Shown: positions 34,737 through 45,662, counted from the stretch's first letter. The stretch is DNA of 64,000 nt from Rebecca billardiae RCC1528 (GCA_965240325.2 OZ251236.1:992001-1056000), one strand, 5' to 3'. The notes: generated by a model not told the origin, from the letters alone. Program-made: numbers and translations.

Positions 34737-36540
34737 ATGACGAGTCCTCCCCGGCGCGGGTGGGTCCTCGCCCTGGCGGCGTGCGCGCAGCTCGGTGCGC
34801 GCGCCGACCTCGTCGTCCTGCGGTCGCCAGACGCCCCCGAGCTCGTCAAGTACTCCGCGCCGTTCTGCCGCCACTTCTACCCCAACTCGGACCGCACTGA
34901 CTACAGCTTTGACGCGGACGTCGTCGCGATCAAGACCTCAGACGTCGATTGGACCGGGTGCAAGCTGCGCTACACGGGCGACGAGGACCTGGAGGGCAAG
35001 GTCGCCATCTGGGTCCAGCCCCTCTCGTACAAGTGCGGAACCACGACAATCCTCAGGTATGGGCGCACGTGGGGCCTCGCCGGCCAGCTGACGTACTACC
35101 CGGACGTCATCAACACGGGGCTCCGGCACATCTCCGTCGGCTACTGGCGCAACGTGTGGCGCACAAGGGCTCCGCGCGCCGACGACCCCTACGTCGGGCC
35201 CAGCGGCGAGTTCACGGCGCGCGCCTCCATCCCCATCGTCGAGGCGCTGCTCGCCGGCCAGAAGATCAGGGCGCGGATGGCGCGCACGGAGGTGCTGTGG
35301 GAGGCGTTTGAGCACGGCGCGCTCTTTGCGCTCTGGCGGGCGTTCATCATCCTCCTCGCCGCCTTCTGCATCGAGATGGCCGCGACGCGGCTCTACGCCT
35401 TCGTCAAGCAGGACGGCGGCAAGGTCCACCTCACCGTGCCCAACCTCGTGATGATGGGCAGCATCGTCGCCAACACGGTGCGCATCCTGAACATCGGCCT
35501 GGGCCCGATGTTCACGACGCCCACGCTCTCGGTGCCGGCGAGCAACGCCATGATGGTGCTGTCGGCATCGACGGAGTACTGGACGTCGGCGGTTTTCGTG
35601 GGCTACGTCTGGCTCGGCCTCGCCAAGGGCGGCCTTGCTCAGCCCAACCTGCAGCGCGCCACGGCGCGCACTCTCCTCGCGATCGTGACGTGCGCCTTCA
35701 TCGTGGATATGCTGGGAGCGACGATGTACATGTTCGTCTATGGCCTGGTGCGGGCGCTGCGCGGCACGGGTGGGCGGTGTGCACGCCGAGCGCGCGTCGT
35801 CATCCCACGCGCGCCCTCCCGCGCGCGTGCTTACTCGCCCCCTGCCCCCGCACCCCTCCTCGCGCCCTGCGCACCGGGCGGCACCCCGCGCACCCGCACC
35901 AAGCAGTATCAGGTGCGTGTGCGGGCGGTTCGCAACGCGGATGGGCGCAGGGCACGCCGGGGCGCTGAGCGCCATCGTCATCCAGCGCGCACCCGGCCAC
36001 GCGCGCGCGCTCACTCGGCCCCTGCCCTCACGCCGTCGCACCCGCACCTCGCGGCAGGCCATGACTGCCAACTCTTGCGTCTTCCCCTGCCTCATTGCGA
36101 TCTTCTGCATCCGCGCGGACATGAAGCTGCAGAAGCTCGCCGGGCACCTTCCATCCGTGGCGCTGATGAAGCGCATCCGCTTCAAGCTGCGCGCGACCAT
36201 CCTCCTCTCGCTCGCCTTCGTGCCGATGCCGCCCCTCACGTTCATCCTCATGTTCAACCCGTACACGGTGGTCCTCATCTTCACGTACGGCATGTGTGTG
36301 CTCACGGCCACGTCGCTCGTGCAGATGACCACGTTCTGGCCGACGGCGACCAAGGTGCCGCGCGGGCCGCTCCTCTACTGCCTGGAGACGCTGGCTGGTC
36401 GCCGCATCTTCACCTCGCTCATCGGCCCCAACTCGGCGCTGCCTGGCAACGAGGTCGAGCCAGCCGGCACGGAGGAGCAGAAGGCAGCTGAGGAGGCGTC
36501 CCGCGTGCCGGCGCAATTCATCGAGATCACGCACCTCTGA
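34737..36540 (+). CDS. Membrane protein: signal peptide, PA-like ectodomain, about 7 TM helices
   Basis: EDLEGKVAIW...C...GLAG resembles a PA domain and is followed by hydrophobic helices. Exons 34737-35747, 35907-35912 (6-nt microexon) and 36058-36540. Confidence 0.75.
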
Positions 36541-36827
36541 GTCACGTCGTCCGATAAACTTGGAGGATGATCTGATGACTCGGAGAAGGAGTTGCAGCCG
36601 CCGCTGCACGCCGCCGGCAGCTTCACGACTGCTACGATGACCTTATTATTATTCATAGCTCGTACGCGTGCGCGTCTTAATCAATTATGACACAGTGATA
36701 GCCGGGTGCGGACAGCGCGTTGTGGTAACAGACTCGCTGCAGACGACGACCGTGCCGGCCGGTGTGCGCACGTCATTTAGTCGCGTCAACGTGCCAGCGA
36801 CAAGCTGCGAGAACGACTTATGGCGCA

Positions 36828-37330
36828 CGGCCCCCCCGAAAGGTCTGAGCGTGAGCGAAAGCCGGGGGGGGCGGCGCACGTGCTCCGCAAAATCAAAAAA
36901 GATAATGGCGCGCGTGATGCTGGTGGCGGGGATTTATTTGTACTTGAGTAGCAGGGGGAGAGCTGCTAGTGAATGGCATTCAACCCCCTTGATGACGCTT
37001 GATTGCGTTCGTACTATATCCGATTCCCCTGCTCGTATTAATCTCTTTTTGCAGGCATAGATACTAATAGGACAATTCCCTCGCTGAATATAGCACAAAT
37101 GGCCTTGGCCTTCTTGGCCCAATGCGGGTGGGATTCGACATCTGTCATCTCTATCTGCGAGGATTAAGAGCACTCTGATGAAAGAAGTGTAGTGAGTGTG
37201 TCCTAGACAGCCTGAGCGTAAAGGTCAATAATTGCAGTTCTGATCACAAGCCGATTCCGCTCAGCCCTTATTGCAAATAACTGATTCAAAGCCAATGTGG
37301 GTGTGATCGACGCGTTGTGATGCTCTATCT
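36828..37330. other. Low-GC insert beginning with a C7/G8-closed branched hairpin; probable transposon relic (snoRNA alternative)
   Basis: cccccccGAAAgg tctgagcgtga gcGAAAgc cgggggggg. One minus frame with stops reads ...EMTDVESHPHWAKKAKAICAIFSEGIVLL. Confidence 0.35.
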
Positions 37331-37490
37331 GGACTCGATGATCGGCGAACAGTCACGATCCAACTGCCGCCGGCACGTCGGCGCGAGTGTGTGTGGCTAG
37401 TTCCCGGTGCGATCGCGTGGGGCGCGCGGCGGCGTGTGAGTAGCGGCCAGGCGGAGGCGTCGGGGGCGGCGGCTGAAGGGAGCGAGGGCG

Positions 37491-38483
37491 ATGGTGGCGG
37501 CACGGACGAGGGAGGCGCGCCGAACGGGCATGTCCGTCCTCACCCTCGCCAGCGGCGGCCGCCCGCGCGTCACCGCCGCCGGCTCTCACTCTCTGTCTCT
37601 CAGCCGACGCCGCCGCCCGCGAGTGCCAGACCGAGTGCCGCCAACGGCGCGCGGCGGGCGCGTCACGGCAGGCGGCGGGGGCGGCGACTGCAGGGAGCGA
37701 GGGCGATGGTGGCGGCGCAGCCGAGGGAGGTGCGCCATCCGGACAGCGCGGCGGCGCGGCGCGCGGCCGAGCGCGGGAGCCTGGGCGGCGGCGGGCGCGC
37801 GGCGGGGCGGCATGTGCTGCCCGAGAGGCTGGCGCACTGGCGCCCGCAGCGCCGCCGCGCACACCGCCGCCGACCTCGCGCGCACGACCTCCGTCAACTC
37901 CTCCGTCAGCGGCGGAGAGCGCGTCGCCTCGCCGCCCACGCTGCCGCCCAGCCGGTTCGTCATCCGAGCGCTCGCCGGGCCGCGGCGTGCGCCGGGCCGC
38001 GGTCGCCGCCTACTAATAGGTGGTGGGACCGCCGCTGGGGGGCGGGGCGGGCGGAGGAGATGGCGGTGGCGAAGGAGGACACGGTGGTGGACCTGGACGT
38101 CACGCAGGCCGGGCTGCACTGGCTCATCTACCTCCTCTCCGCACTCGACCCGCCGCCGTCACCGACGGCGCAGCAGCTGGCGGCGGCGCGACGGACGGTG
38201 CTGTCGGTGGCGGGCGCGGCCGCGGCCCGAGGCGGGCGCGCGCCGCGCGCGCCGCTGCGGCGGCGTGGAGCGGCGGGAGCTGAGCGGCGCGCTGCTGCAC
38301 ACGCAGTCACGCTGCGCTTACGTGCTGCAGACGCTGTGCGAGCGCGCCACCGCCGACGCCGTCGCGCCGCCGCTGCCCCCGCGCCGCACCGGCACCGTCC
38401 GACCGTCCGACCGTGTCGTCAGTCACAAGCCGCGGCTGCTGCTTGCACTGCTCAGTGCTCACAAGCTGCGTGATGGTGACTAG
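37491..38483 (+). pseudogene. Probable decayed gene fragment with an internal duplication
   Basis: Protein-like blocks (MAVAKEDTVVDLDVTQAGLHWLIYLLSALDP; RELSGALLHTQSRCAYVLQTLCE) lie in different frames. The segment agggagcgagggcgatggtggcggc is duplicated at ~37477 and ~37692. Confidence 0.35.
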
Positions 38484-38585
38484 CCACTAGGGCCGTGCGC
38501 CCTCAACTTCGTTGTTCACTACCCGAAGATCGGCGTAGCCGATCATATATATACATACATATATATATGTATGTATATATATATA

Positions 38586-39338
38586 AGCTTGGAAGATGCA
38601 GCTCGAGAGCCGCCAAGCCGCACGAGAGCGAGGCACGAGGCACCATCGTGCAGAGGCGGGCGCCCTGAAAGATGCAGGCCCAGAACAGCTGCAGCCATCA
38701 GGACAGTGGGCGCTTCCGAAACGAAGGGCGTCGTCCGCTGCGTGAGCGAGAGAGACACAGGGCCGCGTCAGTCGGCTCGGCGCCAGATGAAAGAATCCAG
38801 GCCACCAATTGGCTGTCCAGAGCCACCATGCCAACCCGCTCAAAGCTCAGTCAGGAGCAGCACAACGAGTTAGCTAGTTCTGGGCCGTTGTGCGCGAGCA
38901 CAGAGCAGGCTCGAAAGGCCCTCGTGGCACGAGAAGAGGGTGGCCAAGATGGCAGCCGGACTTGCGCTCGGCCGCCTGCCTCGGGCCGATTGGCAGGCAG
39001 GTGTTGATACCATACGGCGCATTGCGCTCCCACCGTCCTCTTAGACAATCAGTTATTGTGATGCCAATAACCCCACATATAGTATAAGGCGTGATGCCAC
39101 TGATATGGGGTATTTTCATCGGCAGGCGCCGCCAGCCAGCCGACGCTGCTCCGGTGCCTCTCGCTCACGCAGCGAACGCCCTTCGGATGCGCCCACTGTC
39201 CGTCCTGATGAGGCTGCTGCAGCTGTTTCCGGCGGCCCGCATCTTCGAGCCTCGAGCCGCGCTCTGCACGATGTGAGGAGTCGGGCCTTCGTGCGGCCCG
39301 TCGGCTTGGCGGCTCTCGAGCTGCGCCTCTTCCAAGCT
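38586..39338. repeat. Diverged long inverted repeat (foldback/MITE-like): arms ~38586-38792 and ~39114-39338
   Basis: Colinear inverted blocks agcttggaag, gcagctcgagagccgccaagccg, catcgtgcagag, ggacagtgggcgc, cgctgcgtgagcgagag, gatgaaa. Abuts a TA tract. Confidence 0.85.
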
Positions 39339-39616
39339 CAACATTCAGCAAGACGACGACCGCGCATCGTCTGATGATTGCGTGTCGCCAGATCGAAAGC
39401 GCGCGCAGAGGCAACGTTGAACGGTGTCGGTTGTGATGCTGACAATGATGGCTGCTGATATGCGACGCGATGATGACGATCATGACTTGATGCGACGACG
39501 ACGGCCGCCGGACGACGCGGGACCGGGTCCGGGACGCCCTTGGGGGCGCCATGCTACCGCCGATGGCGATCCTCGGGCAACGCCGGGCCGCGCGCTGCGA
39601 GCGCCCGGCTAAAGAG

Positions 39617-41076
39617 TCAGGCGCCGCGCCCCAACTGCTCGAGGATGGCAGCCAGCGGGCGGCGCGCACCGTCCGCGTTGCCGTCGGGGCAGCAGTCGTC
39701 GTCGGGCTCGATGCCGCCGAGCCACTGCACCCACCTGTACGCGACGGCGGGCCGGAGGTGGTGCGCGCGCACCGGCGCGCCGCCACCTGCCACGCGCGTC
39801 ACGCCGCGGGCGGGGCGCGTCGGCGTGAGCGCCGGTGGGCGGCGTGCGCGCGCGGCGCGACGCGACAACGGCGGGCGCGCGCGCGCGCGCACCGCGCGAG
39901 GCGGCGAGCAAGGCGCGGCAGTGCGGGAAGGTCTGGCCATCGTCGTCGTGGTCGATCGCGCCGAGCAGCTCCGCCGCGCGCACGCCGCCCTTCCCCTGCA
40001 CCGCCGTCACCGCCAGCAGGTGCACCGCCGGGTGATACGAGAAGACGAGACTGAGCTGCGCGCGCGAGCACAGCAGCTCGAGGCAGACGCACCGCTCGCT
40101 CGGCCGCAGCACGGCCGGCCACGCGTGGGCGGCGTGCGCGAGCGCGTCGGCGCACGGCACGATGCGCGCGCCCACGAGGGTCGAGCCCAGCTGCGCCGAG
40201 CCGAGCAGCACGCACGCGCGCGCGTGCAGCGTGTGCAGCGGGGGCTCGAGCAGGTCCGCGGCCCGCGCGTCGGCCGCGCCGCCGCCGCCGCCCTCCGACA
40301 CCGCCACGTGAGCTGACAGTGAGAGATACAAACGCAGCGGCGCGCTCGCAGAGAGGACGGCGTCGAGCTCGGGGTGCACGCGCTCGCGCGCGTCGAGCAG
40401 GCGCTGCCGCTTCGCCCGCGTCACGCCCACCTCCGCCGTGAGCGCGCCGATCCGCTCCTGCAGCTCGCGCCGCCGCCGCAGCTCGGCGGCCAGCCGGCGC
40501 AGCCGAACTTGCTTCTGGTCCACGGGTGTGGCGGCGGCGCCGCCCGCGGCGGACGGGTCGGCGGGGAGCGGCGCGAGGGCGTCCTCGTCGAGGGTGGTGA
40601 GCGCGGGGCCCGTCTCGCACGCCTCGATCTCGCGCGCGCACACCGCGCGCTCGAGCTGCAGCTCCTGCAGCTCGGAGGCGCGCGCGTCGAGCGCGCGCCG
40701 GCCCGCCTGCGAGCCGTCGTCCGCGCGCGCGAGCTCGGCGGCGAGCTTGCGGTCGGTCTGCGCGCAGGGCGGGATGGGGCGCAGGCGCGTGTGAGGGCTC
40801 ACGCCGCATGCCGCCCGGGCGGCGCCGGCGCACGTGGGCGCCGAGTCCCAACTTGCAGCGCGCCGAGCGCGCGAGCGCGCGCGCGCTGGGGCTGCGCTCT
40901 CACGCGAGCGCACGCGCGCGCGCTGCGCTGCGCGGCGCGGCGCCCACCTCCTTGAGCGCGACGAGCGATGCGCCCACTTTGGCGAGCAGCGCGCGCTGCT
41001 CACTCGCCGAGGCGCCCTGGCGCTTCGCGCGGAGGAGCGTGTCCGCGCTCTCGCGCGCGACGCGCACGGCATCCAT
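39617..41076 (-). CDS. THOC5: THO complex subunit 5 (FMIP family)
   Basis: Motifs LQELQLERAVCAREIEAC, RLRRLAAELRRRREL, LSASAPLRLYL, LLEPPLHTL, DDDGQTFPH, AYRWVQWLGG, all in THOC5 order. Introns 40758-40947 and 39787-39892. Confidence 0.82.
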
Positions 41077-41191
41077 GGTGCGAGCTCGTGCGAGCTCGCG
41101 CCGCGCAGCTCGAGAGCTGCGCCAAGCGAAAGCCAAGTGCCACGCGGCCGACAGCGCGCGCCGGCCATCCTGCGCCTGCCGCCGAGACGAC

Positions 41192-44100
41192 ATGGCGGAT
41201 GACGCCCGCGCGATGGAGGCGAGCCTGCGCGGCGTGCTGGCCGACGAGCAGCTGGACGAGCTGCGCGCCGCGCTCGCCCCCTTCTGCCTCGCCGAGCACG
41301 AGCTGCGCACGTGGCACCGCACCCTCCGCCCGACCAGCGCCGCTCTCGGGCCGCCGACCGCAGTCGCTCCGGGCCACGAGCTCGAGCTCGTGAGCGTGGT
41401 CGACGAGGAGGGCGCCGTGCTCGGCGGCGCGCACCTGCTGCGGTACGTGGAGGGCATGCGCCACGTGCCCAGCGGGCCGGGCGCCGCGGCTCGCGAGAAG
41501 CCCGCGGCCGCGTCGGGCGCGAAGCGCGGAGGCGGCGGCGCGGCGGAGGATGCGGCTGCGGCGCGCGCGCAGGCACTCGCCAGCGTGGCGTCGCCGCCGA
41601 TCACGCCGGTGCGCTTCGCGCGCGCGGGCGTCGGTATCGAGGCGCTGCTACGCGCGCTCCCGCTCGAGCCCGTCCACGCGCACGTCCGCTACGGCTACCG
41701 CTGGGCGTGCCCCGCAGGCGGCGAGGTTGTAGCGTTCCGCCGCTGCGCGCTCGGCCGCACCGGAGCGGAGCCGGGGGCGGAGGAGGTGGGCGCGGCGGTG
41801 GGCGCGGCGCCGGGCGCGGCGGCGCGCGCGGAGGCGGGCGCCGGGCGCCCCCGCCTCGCGCCGCGCGCCGACGCCCTCGGCGCGCCGCCGCCGCGCCATC
41901 AGCTTGTGCCTCTGCGCGCCCACACGTGGGAGGTGGAGGTGGTCGCGGCGGGCGGCGCGCTCGGCGCCGAGACCGACGGCGCTCGCGACGCGCGGCTGCG
42001 CGCGCAGGCGTCGCGGCTCGGCGCGCGCGTGCCGCCCGCCGCCGGGCTCGGCGCGCGCTGGCGGCGCGCGCTACTCCTGGGCGCGGCGTGTCCGCTGCAG
42101 CCGCCCGCGGCGCGCGGCGCGGCGCCCGCGACAGCCGGGACCGCCGCGTCGGCCGCGGCCGCGGCCGAGGCGGCGGCGCTCGGCGCGGCGGTGGCGGCGG
42201 CGCGGCGGGCGGAGGCGCGCCGCCTGCGCGCGCTGCAGGCCGCGCTGCTTCTCCGCGGCTTCGACGAAGTGTCGGTCCTTGCGCCCACCGAGTTTGGCGG
42301 CGGCGGCGGCGGCGGCGCGGATGCGTCTGCGCCGCCGGGCGCGGCCGGCGCGGCCGGCGCCGGCGCCGCGCTCGGCGCCGCGCCGCCGTCGGCGCTGACG
42401 TCGTGGGCGGAGCCGAGCGCGGCCGCGTTCGCGGCGGCGCTCACGCGCATGTGCGCCGGCGCGCAGCCGGGAGACACCCTCCTAGTCCTGGCGAGTACTC
42501 ACGGTACTTGGGTGCAGAGGGCGGGCGGGGGCGGCGCGCGCGGCGGCGCGGCGCGGCGCGAGCGCGGCGCGGACGGCGGCGCCGCCTGTGGTGGCGGTGG
42601 CGCGGACGGCGCGGAGCCGCAGACGGAGGTGGCGCCGACGGAGGCGATGGTGACGGAGGAGGGCCGCGCCGTCTCGGTCGGCGCGCGCGTGTCGGAGCTG
42701 CAGCTGCAGCTGCGCTTGGCCGCGGAATGGCACCCACCGCTTGACGAGGAGGAGGAGTGGGGCGTCGCCGCGTCCAACGGCCCGCGCCACCCGCCCGGCC
42801 ACCGGCACGCCGGGCAGCTGGTGACGGCCGCGCAGACGATCTCGAAAGGGCCGCTGCACGGCAAGAGAGTCGACGCGTGCCTCCGGCGCAAGGCGCGGCC
42901 GCCTCCGCTCGTCGGCGCGCGCCGCGCCATCCACGCTGAGCTGCGCGGACTCGGCGTGAGCGTGGGCGAGGGTAAGACCGCCGCCATCGACACCGCCGCC
43001 GCCACGCCGCCCGCCGCCGACGCGCCGCCCGCCGCCGCCGCGCCGCCGACGACGACGCCGACGCCGCCGACGACGGAGACGCCGCCGGTTGGGTCGGGCG
43101 GCGCGGAGGGCTCGGCCGCGGAGGACTCGACGCCGCTTTCCCTCGCGCAGTGCGCGGCGCACTGCGCCACGGCCGCGACGCTGCTGGAGCTCCGGACCCG
43201 GGACCGTTCGTACGAGGCGGAGCAGCTGGGCGAATACCGCACCGAGCGCGCGCGGCTGGAGGCGCGCGCGGGCGCGGCCGAGGCGGAGATGACGGCGGAG
43301 GCGCTGGGCGCGGCGCGCGGCGAGCCGCCGAGCAAGAAGGCGCGCAAGGCGGCCAAGGACGCGGGCGACGACGCCGCAGACCCGGACTACGACCCCTCGG
43401 CGGGTGCGGGCGGGGGGGCCAGCAAGGTACGTAGCGCACCCGCCGGCGCCGCCAAGTCGGCCGGTGCCGCCGCCGCCGCCGCCGGCGGCAGCGCGGGCGG
43501 CGTGAGTGCGGACGAGCTGGCTCGGAGGCTGGCGCCGCACAAGAGCGCGCTCGCGGCGACAGACGAGCGTCTCCGCAAGCTCGACGAGCGCAGCGCCCTG
43601 CTCGCTCGGGTGGCGCAGCGGCATGGGCGCGCGCTGCGCCGGCTGCGGGCGTTCGTGCGCGGAGGCGCGGCGGGCGCGCGCTGCGCGCTGCTCACCGTCG
43701 ATGCCCGCGGCGTCGTCACCGCCGCGTCGGCGCGGGCGTGCGCGCTCGCCGGCCGGCCGCGCTCCCAGCTCGAGGGCGCCGTGCTCGCACCGCCGCTCTG
43801 CGCGCCCGAGCTCGCCGACGCGACGCGCCGCGCCGCCGCTGAGGGCAAGCCTGCCAAGCGAGGTCACCCCTTTGGCTCGGCTGACGGCTCCGACGCGGCC
43901 GCGTCGGGTGCAGGCGGCGGCGGCGGCGGCGCAGCGCTGCTCACGCCGCGCCCCGCGAAGGACTACGCCGGCGCGGACGCGGGCGAGGCACTGCTCACCG
44001 ACGACGGCGCGCTCGACGCCCTCGGCGACTTTGGCGCCGCGGCGGAGCGGCTCCGACGGCTGCGGCTGCCAAAGACGCTTGCGGTGTCGCGCTGGCGCGT

Positions 44101-45031
44101 GCTCAGCACGGCGGCCAAGCACGCAGAGGCGGCGCGCGCGCGGCCGGCGCCGCGCCGCGCGGCGCACATGCGCGCGTACGTGCGCGCCGCGCACGCGCTC
44201 GCGCTGATTGTCGAGGCGCAGCGCGCGGCGGACGCGGAGGCGGGCGCGTCGGACGACGAGGACGAGGCGCGCGCGCACGACGCAGCCGCCGCGGCCGAGG
44301 CCTGGGGTGCCCTCCTCGCGGACGCTGACAAACTCGACGCCGAGGCGGCGGCGGGGAAGGCGCCCTCCGCGGAGCTGGCCGAGCGCGTGCGCGCGCGGCA
44401 CGCGCTGCTCGTCGCCGCGCCCGCGCCCGCCATCTACCTGAGCACAGGGCAGCCGGTCGGCGGCCGCGGCGGCGGCGCGGCGGCCGCGGCGGTTGGCCTG
44501 GCGGGCGGTGGCGCCGCCGGCTCGCGGCTGAGCTCCGCGGAGGCGGCGGCGGCCGCCGCCGGGTGCGAGCGGCTCGCCCTGTGCGCCGAGGCGCGAGCGG
44601 CGGCGGGCGGCGGCGCGCCGAGCAGCGCCGCCGCCGCACACGCCGCGCCCAACCCGCTCGCGGACGCGCTCGGCTGCCTCGACACGCGCGCCCGATGCAC
44701 CCTCCTCCTCGACTCAGTGCACGCGGGGCCGGCGCTCGGGCCGCTGCTGGATGGCGACGCGAGGCTGGCGCGCGGCGCGGCCGTGAGCGTGCTGAGCGCG
44801 CGGCTCGACGACCCGCTGCGCTCGGGCGCGGGCGCGGGCCCCGAGTGGGCGGGCGCGCTCGCCGACGCGCTCGCCGCCGAGCTCGGCACGCCGGGCGTCG
44901 ACGACGCCGACGCGGCCGAGCTGCGCGCGCGTCTGGACGCGAGGCTAGGCGCGCGGCTTGGCCTCGGCGTGGCGCTCGAGCAGAGCGCGCGCGCGCGCGG
45001 CGCGGCGGGGCACCAGCCCGCGATGCCGTGA
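41192..45031 (+). CDS. Multidomain protein: Med18-like N-terminus + degenerate metacaspase fold interrupted by a coiled-coil/PAS-like insertion
   Basis: Med18-like MEASLRGVL..EQLDELRAAL..FC, HLLRYV, HAHVRYGYRW, TWEVEVVA. Metacaspase-like RRALLLG, EPSAAAF..AL..MCAGAQPGDTLLVLASTHG, CTLLLDSVHAG, VSVLSA, GALADAL. Probable in-frame intron 41786-41902. Further introns are possible. Confidence 0.7.
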   Translation: MADDARAMEASLRGVLADEQLDELRAALAPFCLAEHELRTWHRTLRPTSAALGPPTAVAPGHELELVSVVDEEGAVLGGAHLLRYVEGMRHVPSGPGAAAREKPAAASGAKRGGGGAAEDAAAARAQALASVASPPITPVRFARAGVGIEALLRALPLEPVHAHVRYGYRWACPAGGEVVAFRRCALGRTGAEPGAEEVGAAVGAAPGAAARAEAGAGRPRLAPRADALGAPPPRHQLVPLRAHTWEVEVVAAGGALGAETDGARDARLRAQASRLGARVPPAAGLGARWRRALLLGAACPLQPPAARGAAPATAGTAASAAAAAEAAALGAAVAAARRAEARRLRALQAALLLRGFDEVSVLAPTEFGGGGGGGADASAPPGAAGAAGAGAALGAAPPSALTSWAEPSAAAFAAALTRMCAGAQPGDTLLVLASTHGTWVQRAGGGGARGGAARRERGADGGAACGGGGADGAEPQTEVAPTEAMVTEEGRAVSVGARVSELQLQLRLAAEWHPPLDEEEEWGVAASNGPRHPPGHRHAGQLVTAAQTISKGPLHGKRVDACLRRKARPPPLVGARRAIHAELRGLGVSVGEGKTAAIDTAAATPPAADAPPAAAAPPTTTPTPPTTETPPVGSGGAEGSAAEDSTPLSLAQCAAHCATAATLLELRTRDRSYEAEQLGEYRTERARLEARAGAAEAEMTAEALGAARGEPPSKKARKAAKDAGDDAADPDYDPSAGAGGGASKVRSAPAGAAKSAGAAAAAAGGSAGGVSADELARRLAPHKSALAATDERLRKLDERSALLARVAQRHGRALRRLRAFVRGGAAGARCALLTVDARGVVTAASARACALAGRPRSQLEGAVLAPPLCAPELADATRRAAAEGKPAKRGHPFGSADGSDAAASGAGGGGGGAALLTPRPAKDYAGADAGEALLTDDGALDALGDFGAAAERLRRLRLPKTLAVSRWRVLSTAAKHAEAARARPAPRRAAHMRAYVRAAHALALIVEAQRAADAEAGASDDEDEARAHDAAAAAEAWGALLADADKLDAEAAAGKAPSAELAERVRARHALLVAAPAPAIYLSTGQPVGGRGGGAAAAAVGLAGGGAAGSRLSSAEAAAAAAGCERLALCAEARAAAGGGAPSSAAAAHAAPNPLADALGCLDTRARCTLLLDSVHAGPALGPLLDGDARLARGAAVSVLSARLDDPLRSGAGAGPEWAGALADALAAELGTPGVDDADAAELRARLDARLGARLGLGVALEQSARARGAAGHQPAMP

Positions 45032-45261
45032 GCGGCGCCGCCGTGGGAGCGGACGTCGTCGGGACGCCATCACGACGAGACATCGTTGACTGCTCCTCAA
45101 GCCGCTCAAGGCCAAGCTAGTGGCTGCACTGGACCACCGGCCCATCGGCATCCGCCACGGGCACGGCGCGCGCTGGTCGACTGGTCGTCATCGCGACGCG
45201 CACAGTCATCTGCAAAGTTAGGCGGCGGGGTCCTAGCAGGACGATGCCAGCAGCAGTGATT

Positions 45262-45271
45262 GAGAGAGAGA

Positions 45272-45320
<49 letters not shown>
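45262..45320. repeat. (GA)n microsatellite
   Basis: Seen directly, with one interruption. Confidence 0.97.
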
Positions 45321-45324
<4 letters not shown>

Positions 45325-45659
45325 TCTCAGACACTCATCAGACATCGTCACTGAGCTCGTCAGAGCGAGTACTGCACGGACGCGGATCGGACGAGAGCAC
45401 GGCAGAGCAACAGAGTCGTATACTCGTAGTAGTAGTAGTAGTATATATAGTAGCAGTCACTAGATGAGAGCGATGATTCACGAATCGTCGTCACGTCGTC
45501 ATCAGATGCATATCACGCGGTTGGCGGCAACGCGCCTGCTTGCTGGCGCCCTTATTATTGCGCAGCCGGCCGCCAGCCGCCGCCTTGATGACGATGATAG
45601 ACTGCTGATGACGAGTGATGACGATGACGACGCGACGATGCGCGCTGCTCGTACTACTG

Positions 45660-45662
<3 letters not shown>

